From Dehalococcoidia bacterium (GTDB taxonomy: Bacteria; Chloroflexota; Dehalococcoidia; Lucifugimonadales; UBA3495): a DNA stretch of 64,000 nucleotides. Position numbers and translations under genes: made by a program. Numbering within the stretch: position 1 is the first letter of the stretch; each line of letters opens with the position of its first letter. Under the pieces are notes generated by a model. The model searched no databases and had not been told where the DNA came from. It saw nothing but the letters and a program-made list of their open reading frames with translations. The stretch lies in assembly GCA_963664375.1 (NCBI GenBank), contig OY761449.1, forward strand, positions 1,867,087 through 1,931,086, given 5' to 3'. Of the stretch, positions 44,983-54,462 are shown piece by piece.

Positions 44983-45294
44983 ATGTTTACCCTGTTAGTT
45001 ACCGTCAAGATCAAGGACGGCCACCGCGACGAGTTCATCGCCGCCACCAAGGGCGACGCCGAAGGTTCCAACACCAAGGAACCCGGCTGCCTGCGATTCG
45101 ACGTGCTCGCCGACAACAACGACCCCAACACCGTCTACCTCTACGAGGTCTACGAAAACCGCGATGCCTGGGAGACGGCCCACCGCGGCATGCCCCACTA
45201 CGCCGCGTGGCGCGAGGCAGTGGGCGATTGGTTCGACGGCGACCCGCAGCGCATCGAGACCACGACGCTGTTCCGCCGCGAGGACTTCGTCTAA
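44983..45294 (+). CDS. ABM-domain (antibiotic biosynthesis monooxygenase-like) protein
   Basis: 103 aa with a ferredoxin-like beta-alpha-beta pattern: GCLRFDVL...YLYEVYENRDAWETH-like motif. Confidence 0.7.
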   Translation: MFTLLVTVKIKDGHRDEFIAATKGDAEGSNTKEPGCLRFDVLADNNDPNTVYLYEVYENRDAWETAHRGMPHYAAWREAVGDWFDGDPQRIETTTLFRREDFV

Positions 45295-45312
45295 ATCGGC
45301 GATGTCAAAATT

Positions 45313-45353
45313 CCCTCCCCCTTGATGGGGGAGGGTTAGGGTGGGGGTGAAAA
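45313..45353 (+). repeat. REP-A copy 26 (left part of a truncated MITE-D, right end at 45390-45408)
   Basis: CCCTCCCCC-TTGAT-GGGGGAGGG-TTAGGGTGGGGGTGAAAA, after the ABM gene stop. Confidence 0.9.
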
Positions 45354-45469
45354 GGCAGGGTTGAAAGCCGATGGGAAAGCAATCACTGGTTTTGAGACGG
45401 TTTCTTAATGCGATAGTTCCGGTGAAGCCAGGTCACGGGATATACGAAAGCCGCTCCCGGAGGTAGACA

Positions 45470-45763
45470 TTGAATGAGGAGCAATACCGGAGATTGTTCC
45501 GGGAACTTGGGATAGAGGCCAGGGATATAGGCCACGTACTACGATATGGAGGCCGTCCCCGGCGAGTGTACTTCAATCGCGGCCGGAATGTAGGCATCTA
45601 CTTCTCAGCTCGCCCGGATGAGGAGGCATGGTATCCGAGCAGCCTATGGGTGAGATTGGAATCCTATCGCGTCCAAAGGATTGACCATGGCCGGGTTAAT
45701 GTTGTTCCCAGGTCTGCAATGGAAACGTCAGCTTTTCGGAACCTGGTTTCGAATTGGCAATAG
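45470..45763 (+). CDS. hypothetical protein
   Basis: TTG start 8 nt after a GGAGG RBS. Lies in a locally AT-richer segment with no recognisable family. Confidence 0.4.
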   Translation: MNEEQYRRLFRELGIEARDIGHVLRYGGRPRRVYFNRGRNVGIYFSARPDEEAWYPSSLWVRLESYRVQRIDHGRVNVVPRSAMETSAFRNLVSNWQ

Positions 45764-45799
45764 CACGAAAACAGGAAACCCTGTCTGCTACTCCCATAG

Positions 45800-45997
45800 G
45801 TGGAAGGGGGAAATTTGCCGGAACTAATACCCTGTAGAGTGTGTAAGCAGGAATATGCCTCCTCAGCTAAGCAGTGCCCGCATTGTGGAGACCCTAATCA
45901 TCATCCTGACGCGCCGCTGGACCATTGGGGTTGCATAGGGGCCGGTGTAGTAGTCGTTATATCTACCCTCATCCTGTTGTACCTATGGAACATCTGA
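45800..45997 (+). CDS. hypothetical zinc-ribbon protein with C-terminal TM helix
   Basis: CRVCKQEY...CPHCGD (CxxC...CxxC) followed by the hydrophobic GCIGAGVVVVISTLILLYLW. Confidence 0.4.
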   Translation: MEGGNLPELIPCRVCKQEYASSAKQCPHCGDPNHHPDAPLDHWGCIGAGVVVVISTLILLYLWNI

Positions 45998-46023
45998 ATA
46001 AGCAGGGGTTTGCGGCAGTCAAC

Positions 46024-46146
46024 CTGTCATTCAGGCGAAAGCCGAAATCCAGAGGATGTTGGCGAAGAAAGAATCGTTGGGCTGCCGGGCAGTTCTGGAT
46101 TCCGGCTTTCCCCGGAATGGCGGAGCAATTTGACGACACCCCATAG
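46024..46146. mobile_element. MITE-B copy lacking the left terminal repeat
   Basis: CTGTCATTCAGGCGAAAGCCGAAATCCAG ... CTGGATTCCGGCTTTCCCCGGAATGGCGGAGCAATTTGACGACACCCCATAG. Confidence 0.6.
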
Positions 46147-46173
46147 TACGGAGGGTGCGGGCGTAGAGGTAAT

Positions 46174-46202
46174 GTAGGGGCGCACAAGCTGTGCACCCCT
46201 AC
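46174..46202. repeat. REP-C-like palindrome
   Basis: GTAGGGGCGCAC-AAGCT-GTGCACCCCTAC, 22 nt beyond the aminotransferase stop. Confidence 0.75.
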
Positions 46203-46223
46203 GCACGTTGGCGCCAGTACGGC

Positions 46224-47543
46224 CTAAACCTGGCGTTGCAATACCGTCCGGAAGGCGTCCACGAAACTGTCCACCTCGTCCTCGCCGAGCACCGTGGAAA
46301 CCGCGCCTACCAGGTTGGGCGCCATTAGGATGCCCTCGTTCAGCAGTCCGAGGAACACGTTGTGCCGGAAGGCCGAGTCTGCCTTGGCGATGTCCCGGTA
46401 TCCCACCAGCGTGTCGTCCTGGAAGTGGATGCCGAACAACGACCCCAGCCCGGTTACCTGCACTGGCACTTCCAGCTCGCGGCCCACTTCCCGCAGGCCG
46501 TGGCGCAGGTACTCGGTGACCTCCGCTAGTCGGCGGTAGACCTCCGGCGTAAGCTGCTCCAGCGTGACCGCCCCGGCCAGCATGGTCGCCGGGTTGGCGT
46601 TGAAGGTGCCAGCGTGAGCCACGCGCGGGCCGGAAGTCGGATCGTACAGGTCCATGATGTCTTGCCGCCCGCCGAAGGCGCCCACGGCAAACCCGCCGCC
46701 GACAATCTTGCCCAGCGAGGTCATGTCCGGCGTGACGCCGTAGTATTCCTGAGACCCGCCGGGCGCAACGCGGAAGCTGATGACTTCGTCGAAGATGAGC
46801 ACCACTCCGCTCTCGGTGGCGAAGTCGCGCAGCATTGCCAGGAATTCGTGGGTGGCGGGCAGCATGCCCACCGAACCGAGCATAGGCTCCACGATGACGG
46901 CGGCCAAGTCGTCCTTGTGCCGCTCCAGAATCTCCCGGGCCGGGCCGGTCTCGTTGAACGGTATTACCACCACCGAGTCCAGCACGCCGTCCGCCAGCCC
47001 CTCGGTGGCGGGGAGGGCGTCGGGTTGCAGCCGCTCCCCGGCCTTGCCGGGGTCAACGCGAACACTCACGCTCACCACGTCGTGGCTGCCGTGGTAGCCG
47101 CCCTCGGCCTTGGCGATGAGGCTGCGGCCAGTGAAAGCGCGGGCGGCGCGTATGGTGTTCAGCGTCGCCTCGGTGCCCGAATTGGTGAAGCGCACCATGT
47201 CGAAGCTGGGGATGCGCTCGCACAGCAGCCGCGCCAGCCGAACCTGATGCCGGTTGGGAGCGTTGTACACTACCCCCCGGTCAAGTTGGGAGCGCACCGC
47301 GTCCACGACCGGCTCCGGCGCGTGCCCCAGGATCAGCGTTGTCATAGTGCCGATGAAATCGAGGCGGTCGCTGCCGTCGGCGTCAACGACGTGGGCGCCG
47401 TTGGCCTGTTCCACGAAGATGGGATAGGGGTTCCAGAAAATGGAGTTCCGGCTGTCGCCCCCGGGCAGGTAACGCTTGGCCTCTTCCCACGCTTCCCGGG
47501 ACTTGGGAGTCCGTTCGATGTAGCGGTCCAGTTCACTGGTCAT
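46224..47543 (-). CDS. class III aminotransferase (glutamate-1-semialdehyde aminomutase-like)
   Basis: FTNSGTEA, GGYHGSHD, IFDEVISFR and TFNANP blocks. Confidence 0.85.
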   Translation of the reverse strand: MTSELDRYIERTPKSREAWEEAKRYLPGGDSRNSIFWNPYPIFVEQANGAHVVDADGSDRLDFIGTMTTLILGHAPEPVVDAVRSQLDRGVVYNAPNRHQVRLARLLCERIPSFDMVRFTNSGTEATLNTIRAARAFTGRSLIAKAEGGYHGSHDVVSVSVRVDPGKAGERLQPDALPATEGLADGVLDSVVVIPFNETGPAREILERHKDDLAAVIVEPMLGSVGMLPATHEFLAMLRDFATESGVVLIFDEVISFRVAPGGSQEYYGVTPDMTSLGKIVGGGFAVGAFGGRQDIMDLYDPTSGPRVAHAGTFNANPATMLAGAVTLEQLTPEVYRRLAEVTEYLRHGLREVGRELEVPVQVTGLGSLFGIHFQDDTLVGYRDIAKADSAFRHNVFLGLLNEGILMAPNLVGAVSTVLGEDEVDSFVDAFRTVLQRQV

Positions 47544-47602
47544 GGAGTTCCCTCCGGCGAGTTTCTTTAAGCGTTAATGGAATTGTTTTGAGTTCTCACG
47601 AT

Positions 47603-48862
47603 TCAGGCGGTTGCGGGTACGGCTGGGGCCGGGAAGTAGACCCTACGCAGCGTGCCGCTGCCGAAGCTCACGACCATTGCGGCGAGGAACAGCACGCCGC
47701 CCACGAACATCACGGCCGGGGCGGTGAATACGTCAGACAGGGCAGCGCCGATCATGTTGGTAATGGCCATGCTGCCGCCCACGTGCACCGAATAGACGCC
47801 CGCGACGCGGCCCCGTACCGAGTCGTCGGTCAGCATCTGGATTACGGTGTGGCTGATGGTCATGAAACCGGCCTGTGTCGCGCCGATGAGCACGGTGGCG
47901 ATGATGGAGACCTCTCTGATGTTGGACACGGCCAGCAGGATAGGCGCGGCGGCACTGAGCACGCCGAACAGGAGGAATATCTTTCCCCTCGCCGAGGCCC
48001 CGCGCACACCTGCCAGGAATACCGACGAAATCAGCGCGCCGGCTCCTACTCCGCCCATCAGGTAGGTCACGCCGACCGACCCTGCGCCCAGCTTGTCCTC
48101 TGAAATGGCTGGCAGGATCGACTCGTAGGACATCACAAAGGCGCAATGAGCCACCACCAGCAGCACCATGAACAACAGGCGCGGGTTGGTATAGATGTAC
48201 TCGAATCCCGCTATGAGGTTGCTCCAGAAAGTGCGGGACTCGTCGATCTGGCCCGTCGAGCGAGTTTTTACGCGGGACATCTGGATGAACCCGACAAAAT
48301 AGAACACGCTACAGAACCAGAATGCGGCGTCTAGGCTTACGAAGGCCAGCAGCGGCAGTATCAGGGCAGGCCCGACCAGCCGCGAACCCTGCTGGGTGGC
48401 CTGGTTCAATGCCAGCGCGTTCAGCAGGTGCTCCCGCGGCACTAGGTTGGGAATCAGGGCTTGGGATACGGTCATCTGTCCGGCGCGGAGAGTGCCGTTG
48501 AACAGCGCCAGGAACGTCAGCGCCCACGGCCCGGCCAGGTCGTTCATTACCAGGAAGCCCAGCAGGATGTTGTGGGCCAGGTTGAGGGCGAAGATCCACC
48601 GCAACAGTGTCTGCCGGTCGAACCTGTCGGCCAGGTAGCCGACGAAGGGCGTCGAGAAAACGCGGGGGAACATGGCGGCGAATGTGATGATGCCGACCCA
48701 CAGGGACGCCTCGGTGAGTTCCCAGGCCAGGTAACCTCTGACTACGATCAAGGCCCAGGCAGCCGCCCCGGAGCAGGTGGTGGCGATCCACATGGTGCGG
48801 TAGTCGGCGTATTTCAGCCCAAGCAGGAAGCGGTCTCTGGTGGCGGCCAGGTAAGAGGTCAA
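47603..48862 (-). CDS. MFS transporter
   Basis: About 12 hydrophobic spans and a YLADRFDRQ-type loop 2-3 motif. Confidence 0.8.
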   Translation of the reverse strand: MTSYLAATRDRFLLGLKYADYRTMWIATTCSGAAAWALIVVRGYLAWELTEASLWVGIITFAAMFPRVFSTPFVGYLADRFDRQTLLRWIFALNLAHNILLGFLVMNDLAGPWALTFLALFNGTLRAGQMTVSQALIPNLVPREHLLNALALNQATQQGSRLVGPALILPLLAFVSLDAAFWFCSVFYFVGFIQMSRVKTRSTGQIDESRTFWSNLIAGFEYIYTNPRLLFMVLLVVAHCAFVMSYESILPAISEDKLGAGSVGVTYLMGGVGAGALISSVFLAGVRGASARGKIFLLFGVLSAAAPILLAVSNIREVSIIATVLIGATQAGFMTISHTVIQMLTDDSVRGRVAGVYSVHVGGSMAITNMIGAALSDVFTAPAVMFVGGVLFLAAMVVSFGSGTLRRVYFPAPAVPATA

Positions 48863-48961
48863 AAGCAGCCCCGTTCAGTGGTACAGTGTTTGTAGCAGAC
48901 GCTGCATTATAGCAGTCGCGCAAGAGCGCCCCATACGATGACGCGCAGCGGCTCGCGTGGT

Positions 48962-49552
48962 CTAGCGCACGGCGCGGCGGTTGCGGAATATGTCGGCCAG
49001 CGGTATTGCCAGCCCCGGCAGCAGGGGCGTGGTCAGCGTGTCCGGCGGCCCCAGCGCGGCCCGCTCCACGTACTCGCCGCCCCGCAGTTCCAATAAGGTA
49101 GCGGTTTCGTTGAGGGAGTCGAAAATCCAGTATTCCGGGATTCCAGCCGAGGCATAGACTTGCCGCTTGCGCACCAGGTCACGGTTGCGGTCAGACGACA
49201 GAATTTCCACCACAATGTCCGGGGCGCCTTCAATCATCCGGTCGCCGATGATGCTCTCCCGGCCCCGAAGCACGATTGACAGATCGGGAGCGTAGAGGAC
49301 CCGCTCCTCCAGCGACAAGGCTATCAGGAAGTCGGTGAATACAAGGGCTGGAGGAATGGCGAACCCCTTAAGGTAAGTCAGGATATGCCATTCCAGTTCT
49401 TGCTGCCCATCGTGGTGAACTCTCCGCGGTCTGGGCATGATGTACAACTCCCCCTCGTCCAGCTCCATCTTGCGCCGGTCGTATGTGTCCGGCAACTCCA
49501 GGAACTCCTCGACGGTGAGCCGCAATCCGGCCCGTGGTTTCAGCGTTGTCAT
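48962..49552 (-). CDS. Uma2 (DUF820) family endonuclease, copy 1 of a tandem triplet
   Basis: APDLSIVL...APDIVVEILSSD...RKRQVYASAGIPEYWIFD core. ATG 49552 is preferred over the GTG 9 nt upstream. Confidence 0.75.
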   Translation of the reverse strand: MTTLKPRAGLRLTVEEFLELPDTYDRRKMELDEGELYIMPRPRRVHHDGQQELEWHILTYLKGFAIPPALVFTDFLIALSLEERVLYAPDLSIVLRGRESIIGDRMIEGAPDIVVEILSSDRNRDLVRKRQVYASAGIPEYWIFDSLNETATLLELRGGEYVERAALGPPDTLTTPLLPGLAIPLADIFRNRRAVR

Positions 49553-49563
49553 GCTCGGCACCT

Positions 49564-50154
49564 CTAGCGCACGGCGCGGCGGTTGCGGAATATGTCGGCC
49601 AGCGGTATTGCCAGCCCCGGCAGCAGGGGCGTGGTCAGCGTGTCCGGCGGCCCCAGCGTGGCCCGCTCCACGTACTCGCCGCCCCGCAGTTCCAGCAGCG
49701 TAGCGGTTTCGTTGAGATAATCAAAAGTCCAGTATTCTGGGATTCCAGCCGAGGCATAGACTTGCCGCTTGCGCACCAGGTCACGGTTGCGATCAGACGA
49801 CAGGATTTCCACCACAATGTCCGGGGCGCCTTCAATCATCCGGTCGCCGATGATGTGCGCCCGCTCCCGCAGCACGATGGACAGGTCGGGGGCATAAAGG
49901 ATTCGTTCCTCCAGCGACAAGGCCACGAGGAAATCGTGCGAAACGTCGGCGGGAGGCTCATCGAACCCGTCAAAGTAGTTCTCGAAGCGTGTGACTAGCC
50001 TGGCTTGAACAGACTGGTGAACTTTCCTAGGGCGCGGCATTACGTACAACTCCCCCTCGTCCAGCTCCATCTTGCGCCGGTCGTAGGTGTCCGGCAACTC
50101 CAGGAACTCCTCGACGGTGAGCCGCAATCCGGCCCGTGGTTTCAGCGTTGTCAT
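49564..50154 (-). CDS. Uma2 family endonuclease, copy 2
   Basis: Ends are near-identical to copy 1 at the nucleotide level, with a divergent internal cassette. Stop is 11 nt from the copy 1 ATG. Confidence 0.75.
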   Translation of the reverse strand: MTTLKPRAGLRLTVEEFLELPDTYDRRKMELDEGELYVMPRPRKVHQSVQARLVTRFENYFDGFDEPPADVSHDFLVALSLEERILYAPDLSIVLRERAHIIGDRMIEGAPDIVVEILSSDRNRDLVRKRQVYASAGIPEYWTFDYLNETATLLELRGGEYVERATLGPPDTLTTPLLPGLAIPLADIFRNRRAVR

Positions 50155-50165
50155 ACCCGGCACCT

Positions 50166-50756
50166 CTAGCGCACGGTGCGGCGGTTGCGGAATATGTCGG
50201 CCAGCGGTATTGCCAGTCCCGGCAGCAGGGGCGTGGTCAGCGTGTCCGAAGGCCCCAGCGTGGCCCGCTCCACGTACTCGCCGCCCCGCAGTTCCAGCAG
50301 CGTAGCGGTTTCGTTGAGGGAGTCGAAGATCCAGTACTCAGGGATGCCAGCGTCAGCGTACAATTGGCGCTTGCGAACCAAGTCCCGCCTCCGGTCGGAT
50401 GAGAGAATCTCGATGGCGATATCAGGCGCTCCTTCAACAAACCGCTCGCCGACCATGCCCAGCCGTTCCCGCAACACGACACACAGGTCGGGGGCGTACA
50501 ATCTCCGGTCTTCCAAAGACAGGGCGATAACGAAATCAGTAAAGAACTCCGCAGGCGGCTCGTCGAATTCCCTAAGGTAACTTTCGAAATACCAGATCAA
50601 GAGGCTACTCAAAGCCTGGTGAACTCTCCGCGGTCTGGGCATGATGTACAACTCCCCATCGTCCAGCTCCATCTTGCGCCGGTCGTATGTGTCCGGCAGC
50701 TCCAGGAACTCCTCGACGGTGAGCCGCAATCCGGCCCGTGGTTTCAGCGTTGCCAT
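50166..50756 (-). CDS. Uma2 family endonuclease, copy 3
   Basis: Same architecture. The 5' and 3' ends are shared with copies 1 and 2, and the middle is more divergent. Confidence 0.75.
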   Translation of the reverse strand: MATLKPRAGLRLTVEEFLELPDTYDRRKMELDDGELYIMPRPRRVHQALSSLLIWYFESYLREFDEPPAEFFTDFVIALSLEDRRLYAPDLCVVLRERLGMVGERFVEGAPDIAIEILSSDRRRDLVRKRQLYADAGIPEYWIFDSLNETATLLELRGGEYVERATLGPSDTLTTPLLPGLAIPLADIFRNRRTVR

Positions 50757-50946
50757 GCTCTGTACCTCCCGGTCATGGCATTATAATGCCACCAACGCAG
50801 GCACGTCGTGCCTCGTCTCTCCCGCAATCGTCCTGGGGACGCAAGGCGCAGCTTGACGCCATTATCCCGCGTTCCTACAATCCCAAGGTTGCCCTGGCCC
50901 CGAATCGCAGCCGGGCGGCACACGAATATAGGGAAGCTGCTGTAAT

Positions 50947-52182
50947 ATGCCTCTTCAAGTGCCGGATGAAGGCCGACTCTTTCCCCCGTACCGGGTGCTG
51001 GACCTGAGCGGCCCGGAGGCCGTGTTCTGCGGCAAGCTGCTGGCCGACTATGGGGCCGACGTGGTGCGAGTGGAACCGCCTGGGGGCGATCCGTCCCGCT
51101 CCCGCGGCCCGTTTGCCAGCGATGAGGAAGGCTCTGACCGGAGCCTGTATTTCCTCTTCTACAACACCAACAAGCGCTCCATTACCCTCGACTTGCAGTC
51201 CGAGCGAGGCAGGGAGTTGTTCCGCCGGCTGGTGGCCAATGCAGACGTGATCGTTGAGAGCTACCCGGTCGGCTACCTGGACTCTCTGGGGATCGGATTC
51301 GAGGCGCTGCGGCAGGTCAATCCGGGCATCGTGATGGCCTCGGTCACGCCCTTCGGACAGACCGGCCCGTGGAAGGACTACAAGTCCAACGACCTTATCG
51401 CCCTGGCGTCCAGCGGGTTCATGCAAATTACCGGCGAGCCGGACGGCCCGCCCATGCGCCAGGGCAACGACCAGTCCCACTTCCCCGGGGCGCAGTACGC
51501 CGCCGCCTCCATCCTCGGCGCGCTGTACCACCGCGACTTCAATGGCGGCGGGGGGCAGCACATCGACGTGTCGCTACAGGAGGCGCTGATCACCTACTAC
51601 ACCGACGCCCACCCTGCGCTGGCCTGGATGCTGCTGGGGGACAACGTTACCCGTGTCGGGGCGACATCCACGCTGGTCATCCCGCTTGGCGCGTACCCCA
51701 GCGCCGACGGCTGGATTTCCGCCGGGATCATCACGCCCCGCGAGTGGGATACCCTGGCCCAGTGGATTTACGAGGTGACCGGCAACGAGGAAGTCCTGAA
51801 CGAGGCCTACCGGGGCGGCAACCAGGACCGCGCGCCGTACAACGACATCATCACCGCGCTGGTTATCGACTTCACCACCCGCTACACCAGCGAGTACCTG
51901 TTCCATGAGGGCCAGCGCCGCAACCTTGTCGTCCTGCCGGTCAACACCGTTTCCGATCTGCTGGCCGACCCGCAGCTTGAGGCCAGCAATTTCTGGTTCG
52001 GCATCGACCACCCTGAGACCGGCACGGTACAGTACCCGCAGGGCGTATTCGACAGCGAAGAGGTGTCGCCGGGCACCGGGGCCGCGCCCACTCTCGGCCA
52101 GGACAACGAGGCCGTCTACGCCGGCGAGCTGGGCCTCTCCGATGCGGAACTGGCATCACTAAAGAGCGAGGGAGTCATCTGA
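50947..52182 (+). CDS. family III (CaiB/BaiF) CoA-transferase
   Basis: YRVLDLSGPEAVFCGKLLADYGADVVRVEPPGGDP and FGQTGPWKDYKSNDLIALASSG (canonical Asp present). Confidence 0.85.
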   Translation: MPLQVPDEGRLFPPYRVLDLSGPEAVFCGKLLADYGADVVRVEPPGGDPSRSRGPFASDEEGSDRSLYFLFYNTNKRSITLDLQSERGRELFRRLVANADVIVESYPVGYLDSLGIGFEALRQVNPGIVMASVTPFGQTGPWKDYKSNDLIALASSGFMQITGEPDGPPMRQGNDQSHFPGAQYAAASILGALYHRDFNGGGGQHIDVSLQEALITYYTDAHPALAWMLLGDNVTRVGATSTLVIPLGAYPSADGWISAGIITPREWDTLAQWIYEVTGNEEVLNEAYRGGNQDRAPYNDIITALVIDFTTRYTSEYLFHEGQRRNLVVLPVNTVSDLLADPQLEASNFWFGIDHPETGTVQYPQGVFDSEEVSPGTGAAPTLGQDNEAVYAGELGLSDAELASLKSEGVI

Positions 52183-52207
52183 CTTTAATCCCCTCCCTTC
52201 GAGAATT

Positions 52208-52242
52208 CCCTCTCCCCCTGGGAGAGGGAGAGGGTGAGGGCG
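52208..52242 (+). repeat. REP-A copy 27
   Basis: CCCTCTCCCCC-T-GGGAGAGGG-AGAGGGTGAGGGCG, between the two CoA-transferase genes. An extra C-arm fragment lies at 52188-52197. Confidence 0.8.
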
Positions 52243-52292
52243 TTTCCCCGAAATTGCCTCTACAAAACTAACCGGAACGGCACAGACTGAAG

Positions 52293-53522
52293 ATGGAAAC
52301 TAACAAAAAGGCCCTTCAGGGAATTCGGGTGCTGGAACTTGGCCCATACGTCGCCCTTCCCCTCACTGGCCGCATACTGGCGTCGCTGGGCGCTGAGGTC
52401 ATCAAAGTCGAGACCAACAAGGTGCTGGACGAGATGTCCTTCATCCCCGCATGGTCACGCGGCGCGGGGCAGCCCGACTTCCAGAGGGCCAAGAAGCGGG
52501 TGTCCATTGACGTGCGGACGCCCGGCGGCCTGGAGGTATTCCAGGAACTGGTCAAGGTCAGCGACGTTTTCATGACCAACTTCCGCCGCAACATCCTTGA
52601 CCGCTGGGGCATCGACTTTCCCGCCGTCCGCGAGCTGCGGCCCGACATAATCCTGATGTGGCAGACCGGACTGGGCGGGATCGGCCCCTACTACACCTAC
52701 AAGTCCTACGGCATCCTGGTGCAGCACATGGGCGGCGTCTCGCTGATGTCCGGGAACGAAGGCGAGCCGCCTTCGGCCATCAACACGTCATACTCCGACT
52801 ACCACACCGGGGTGTTCCAACCATCGGCCATCATTGGCGCCCTGATGCGGCGCCGGATGACGGGCGAACCGACGACCATGGAGTCCTCGATTTTCAAGTC
52901 CGGCGCGATCACCGCCGGGCCTGCAATCCTGGACTACCAGGTCAACGGGCGGATGCCGCAGCGTATCGCCAATCGCGGCGCAGATTGCGCTCCCCACGGC
53001 GTGTACCAGTGCCAGGGCGATGACCGCTGGTGCGCCATCGCCGTGCGGAACGACGAAGAGTGGAACGGTTTCTGCCGCGCCGTCGGCAACCCCGACTGGT
53101 GCAGCGAGCCGGGGTTCAGCACGATGGGGGGCCGCATCGCCAACCAGGAGCGGCTGGACGCCCTCATCGGCGAGTGGACGGCCCAGCGCGCCGCGGACGA
53201 CGTGATGACGGTGATGCAGGCGGAGGGCGTGCCCGCCAGCATCGTCTCCCAGGGCGATGACCTCTATGCCAGCGAACACCTGAAGGCGCGGGACTTCTAC
53301 CGGCCCACGCCGTACTACGTCGCTGAGCGCGGCACGCCCGCGTGGGAGTGGGAGAAGCGCGACAGCCTGGCATGGACCACTCCGGCCCGGCTCTCCGAAA
53401 CGCCAATGGAGTTCGGCGAATACAGCTACGTCGGCGAGGACAACGACTACGTCTTCCGAGAGATTCTCGGTATGCCCGAGTCCCGGATTGAAGCGCTCAA
53501 GGAAGACGGCTCTCTATATTGA
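52293..53522 (+). CDS. family III CoA-transferase paralogue lacking the canonical active-site Asp
   Basis: IRVLELGPYVALPLTGRILASLGAEVIKVE. The equivalent of the G-Y-D-x-I-x-Q-A-x-S-G block reads KSYGILVQHMGG by eye alignment. Confidence 0.75.
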   Translation: METNKKALQGIRVLELGPYVALPLTGRILASLGAEVIKVETNKVLDEMSFIPAWSRGAGQPDFQRAKKRVSIDVRTPGGLEVFQELVKVSDVFMTNFRRNILDRWGIDFPAVRELRPDIILMWQTGLGGIGPYYTYKSYGILVQHMGGVSLMSGNEGEPPSAINTSYSDYHTGVFQPSAIIGALMRRRMTGEPTTMESSIFKSGAITAGPAILDYQVNGRMPQRIANRGADCAPHGVYQCQGDDRWCAIAVRNDEEWNGFCRAVGNPDWCSEPGFSTMGGRIANQERLDALIGEWTAQRAADDVMTVMQAEGVPASIVSQGDDLYASEHLKARDFYRPTPYYVAERGTPAWEWEKRDSLAWTTPARLSETPMEFGEYSYVGEDNDYVFREILGMPESRIEALKEDGSLY

Positions 53523-53539
53523 CGGAACCGGAAGCAAAT

Positions 53540-53574
53540 CCCCTCTCCCTCCGGGGGAGGGTTAGGGTGGGGGC
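53540..53574 (+). repeat. REP-A copy 28
   Basis: CCCCTCTCCC-TCC-GGGGGAGGG-TTAGGGTGGGGGCG, between the CoA-transferase and hydratase genes. Confidence 0.9.
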
Positions 53575-53592
53575 GTACCCCTGTTGTCTTTA

Positions 53593-53620
53593 CGTCATTC
53601 CCGCCTCCGCGGGAATACAG
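53593..53620 (+). repeat. REP-B hairpin (CCGC/GCGG variant, CTCC loop)
   Basis: CGTCATTCCCGC-CTCC-GCGGGAATACAG. Confidence 0.7.
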
Positions 53621-53648
53621 CAGATTCGTATCCTGAGGATCGCAAGAA

Positions 53649-54449
53649 ATGGTTGACTACAGCGGCTACCAGGACCTGCTCATCGAAAAGAAGGACGGCA
53701 TAGCCCTCCTTACCATGAACCGGCCGGAGGTGTTCAACGCCACCGGGTTTGCGTTGCACAACGAGCTGTCGCGGGTGTGGCTGGACCTGGGGCAGGACCC
53801 CGAGGTGCGGGTGGCCGTCATCACCGGCGCGGGCAACGCCTTCTCCGCCGGCGGCGACTTCGACATGATCGAGCAGTCCATCGGCAACGCCGAGGTCATC
53901 GCGGGCACCATGCAGGAAGCCCGCGACATCGTTCACAACATGATCAACCTGGACAAGCCAGTGATTTCCGCGATCAACGGCGTCGCCGTGGGCGCTGGCC
54001 TGGCGGTGGCGCTGCTGGCCGACATTTCCATCGCCTCGGAACGCGCCCGGTTTACTGACGGGCATGTGCGCCTGGGCGTGGCGGCGGGCGACCATGCCGC
54101 CGTCATCTGGCCGCTGCTGATGGGCATGGCCAAGGCCAAATACTACCTGCTGACCTGCGAGTTCCTCGACGGCCCCGAGGCGGAACGGCTTGGCCTCGTC
54201 AGCCTATGCGTGCCCCACGACGAGCTAATGGAGCGCTCAATGGCCGTCGCCCGCAAGCTGGCCGACGGCCCGCAGCCGGCCATCCGCTACACCAAACGCT
54301 CGCTGAACCAGTGGCTGCGCATGGCCGAGCACACCGCCTTCGACTACTCGCTGGCCCTGGAGATGCTCAACTTCATGGGCCCCGACGTCCGCGAGGGCCT
54401 CGATTCCGTCCGCCAGAAGCGCGACCCCGACTTCCCGTCGGCTAGATAA
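53649..54449 (+). CDS. enoyl-CoA hydratase/isomerase family protein
   Basis: [14 protein letters not shown] and [21 protein letters not shown] crotonase motifs. Confidence 0.85.
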   Translation: MVDYSGYQDLLIEKKDGIALLTMNRPEVFNATGFALHNELSRVWLDLGQDPEVRVAVITGAGNAFSAGGDFDMIEQSIGNAEVIAGTMQEARDIVHNMINLDKPVISAINGVAVGAGLAVALLADISIASERARFTDGHVRLGVAAGDHAAVIWPLLMGMAKAKYYLLTCEFLDGPEAERLGLVSLCVPHDELMERSMAVARKLADGPQPAIRYTKRSLNQWLRMAEHTAFDYSLALEMLNFMGPDVREGLDSVRQKRDPDFPSAR

Positions 54450-54462
54450 AGAGAGGCTGATT

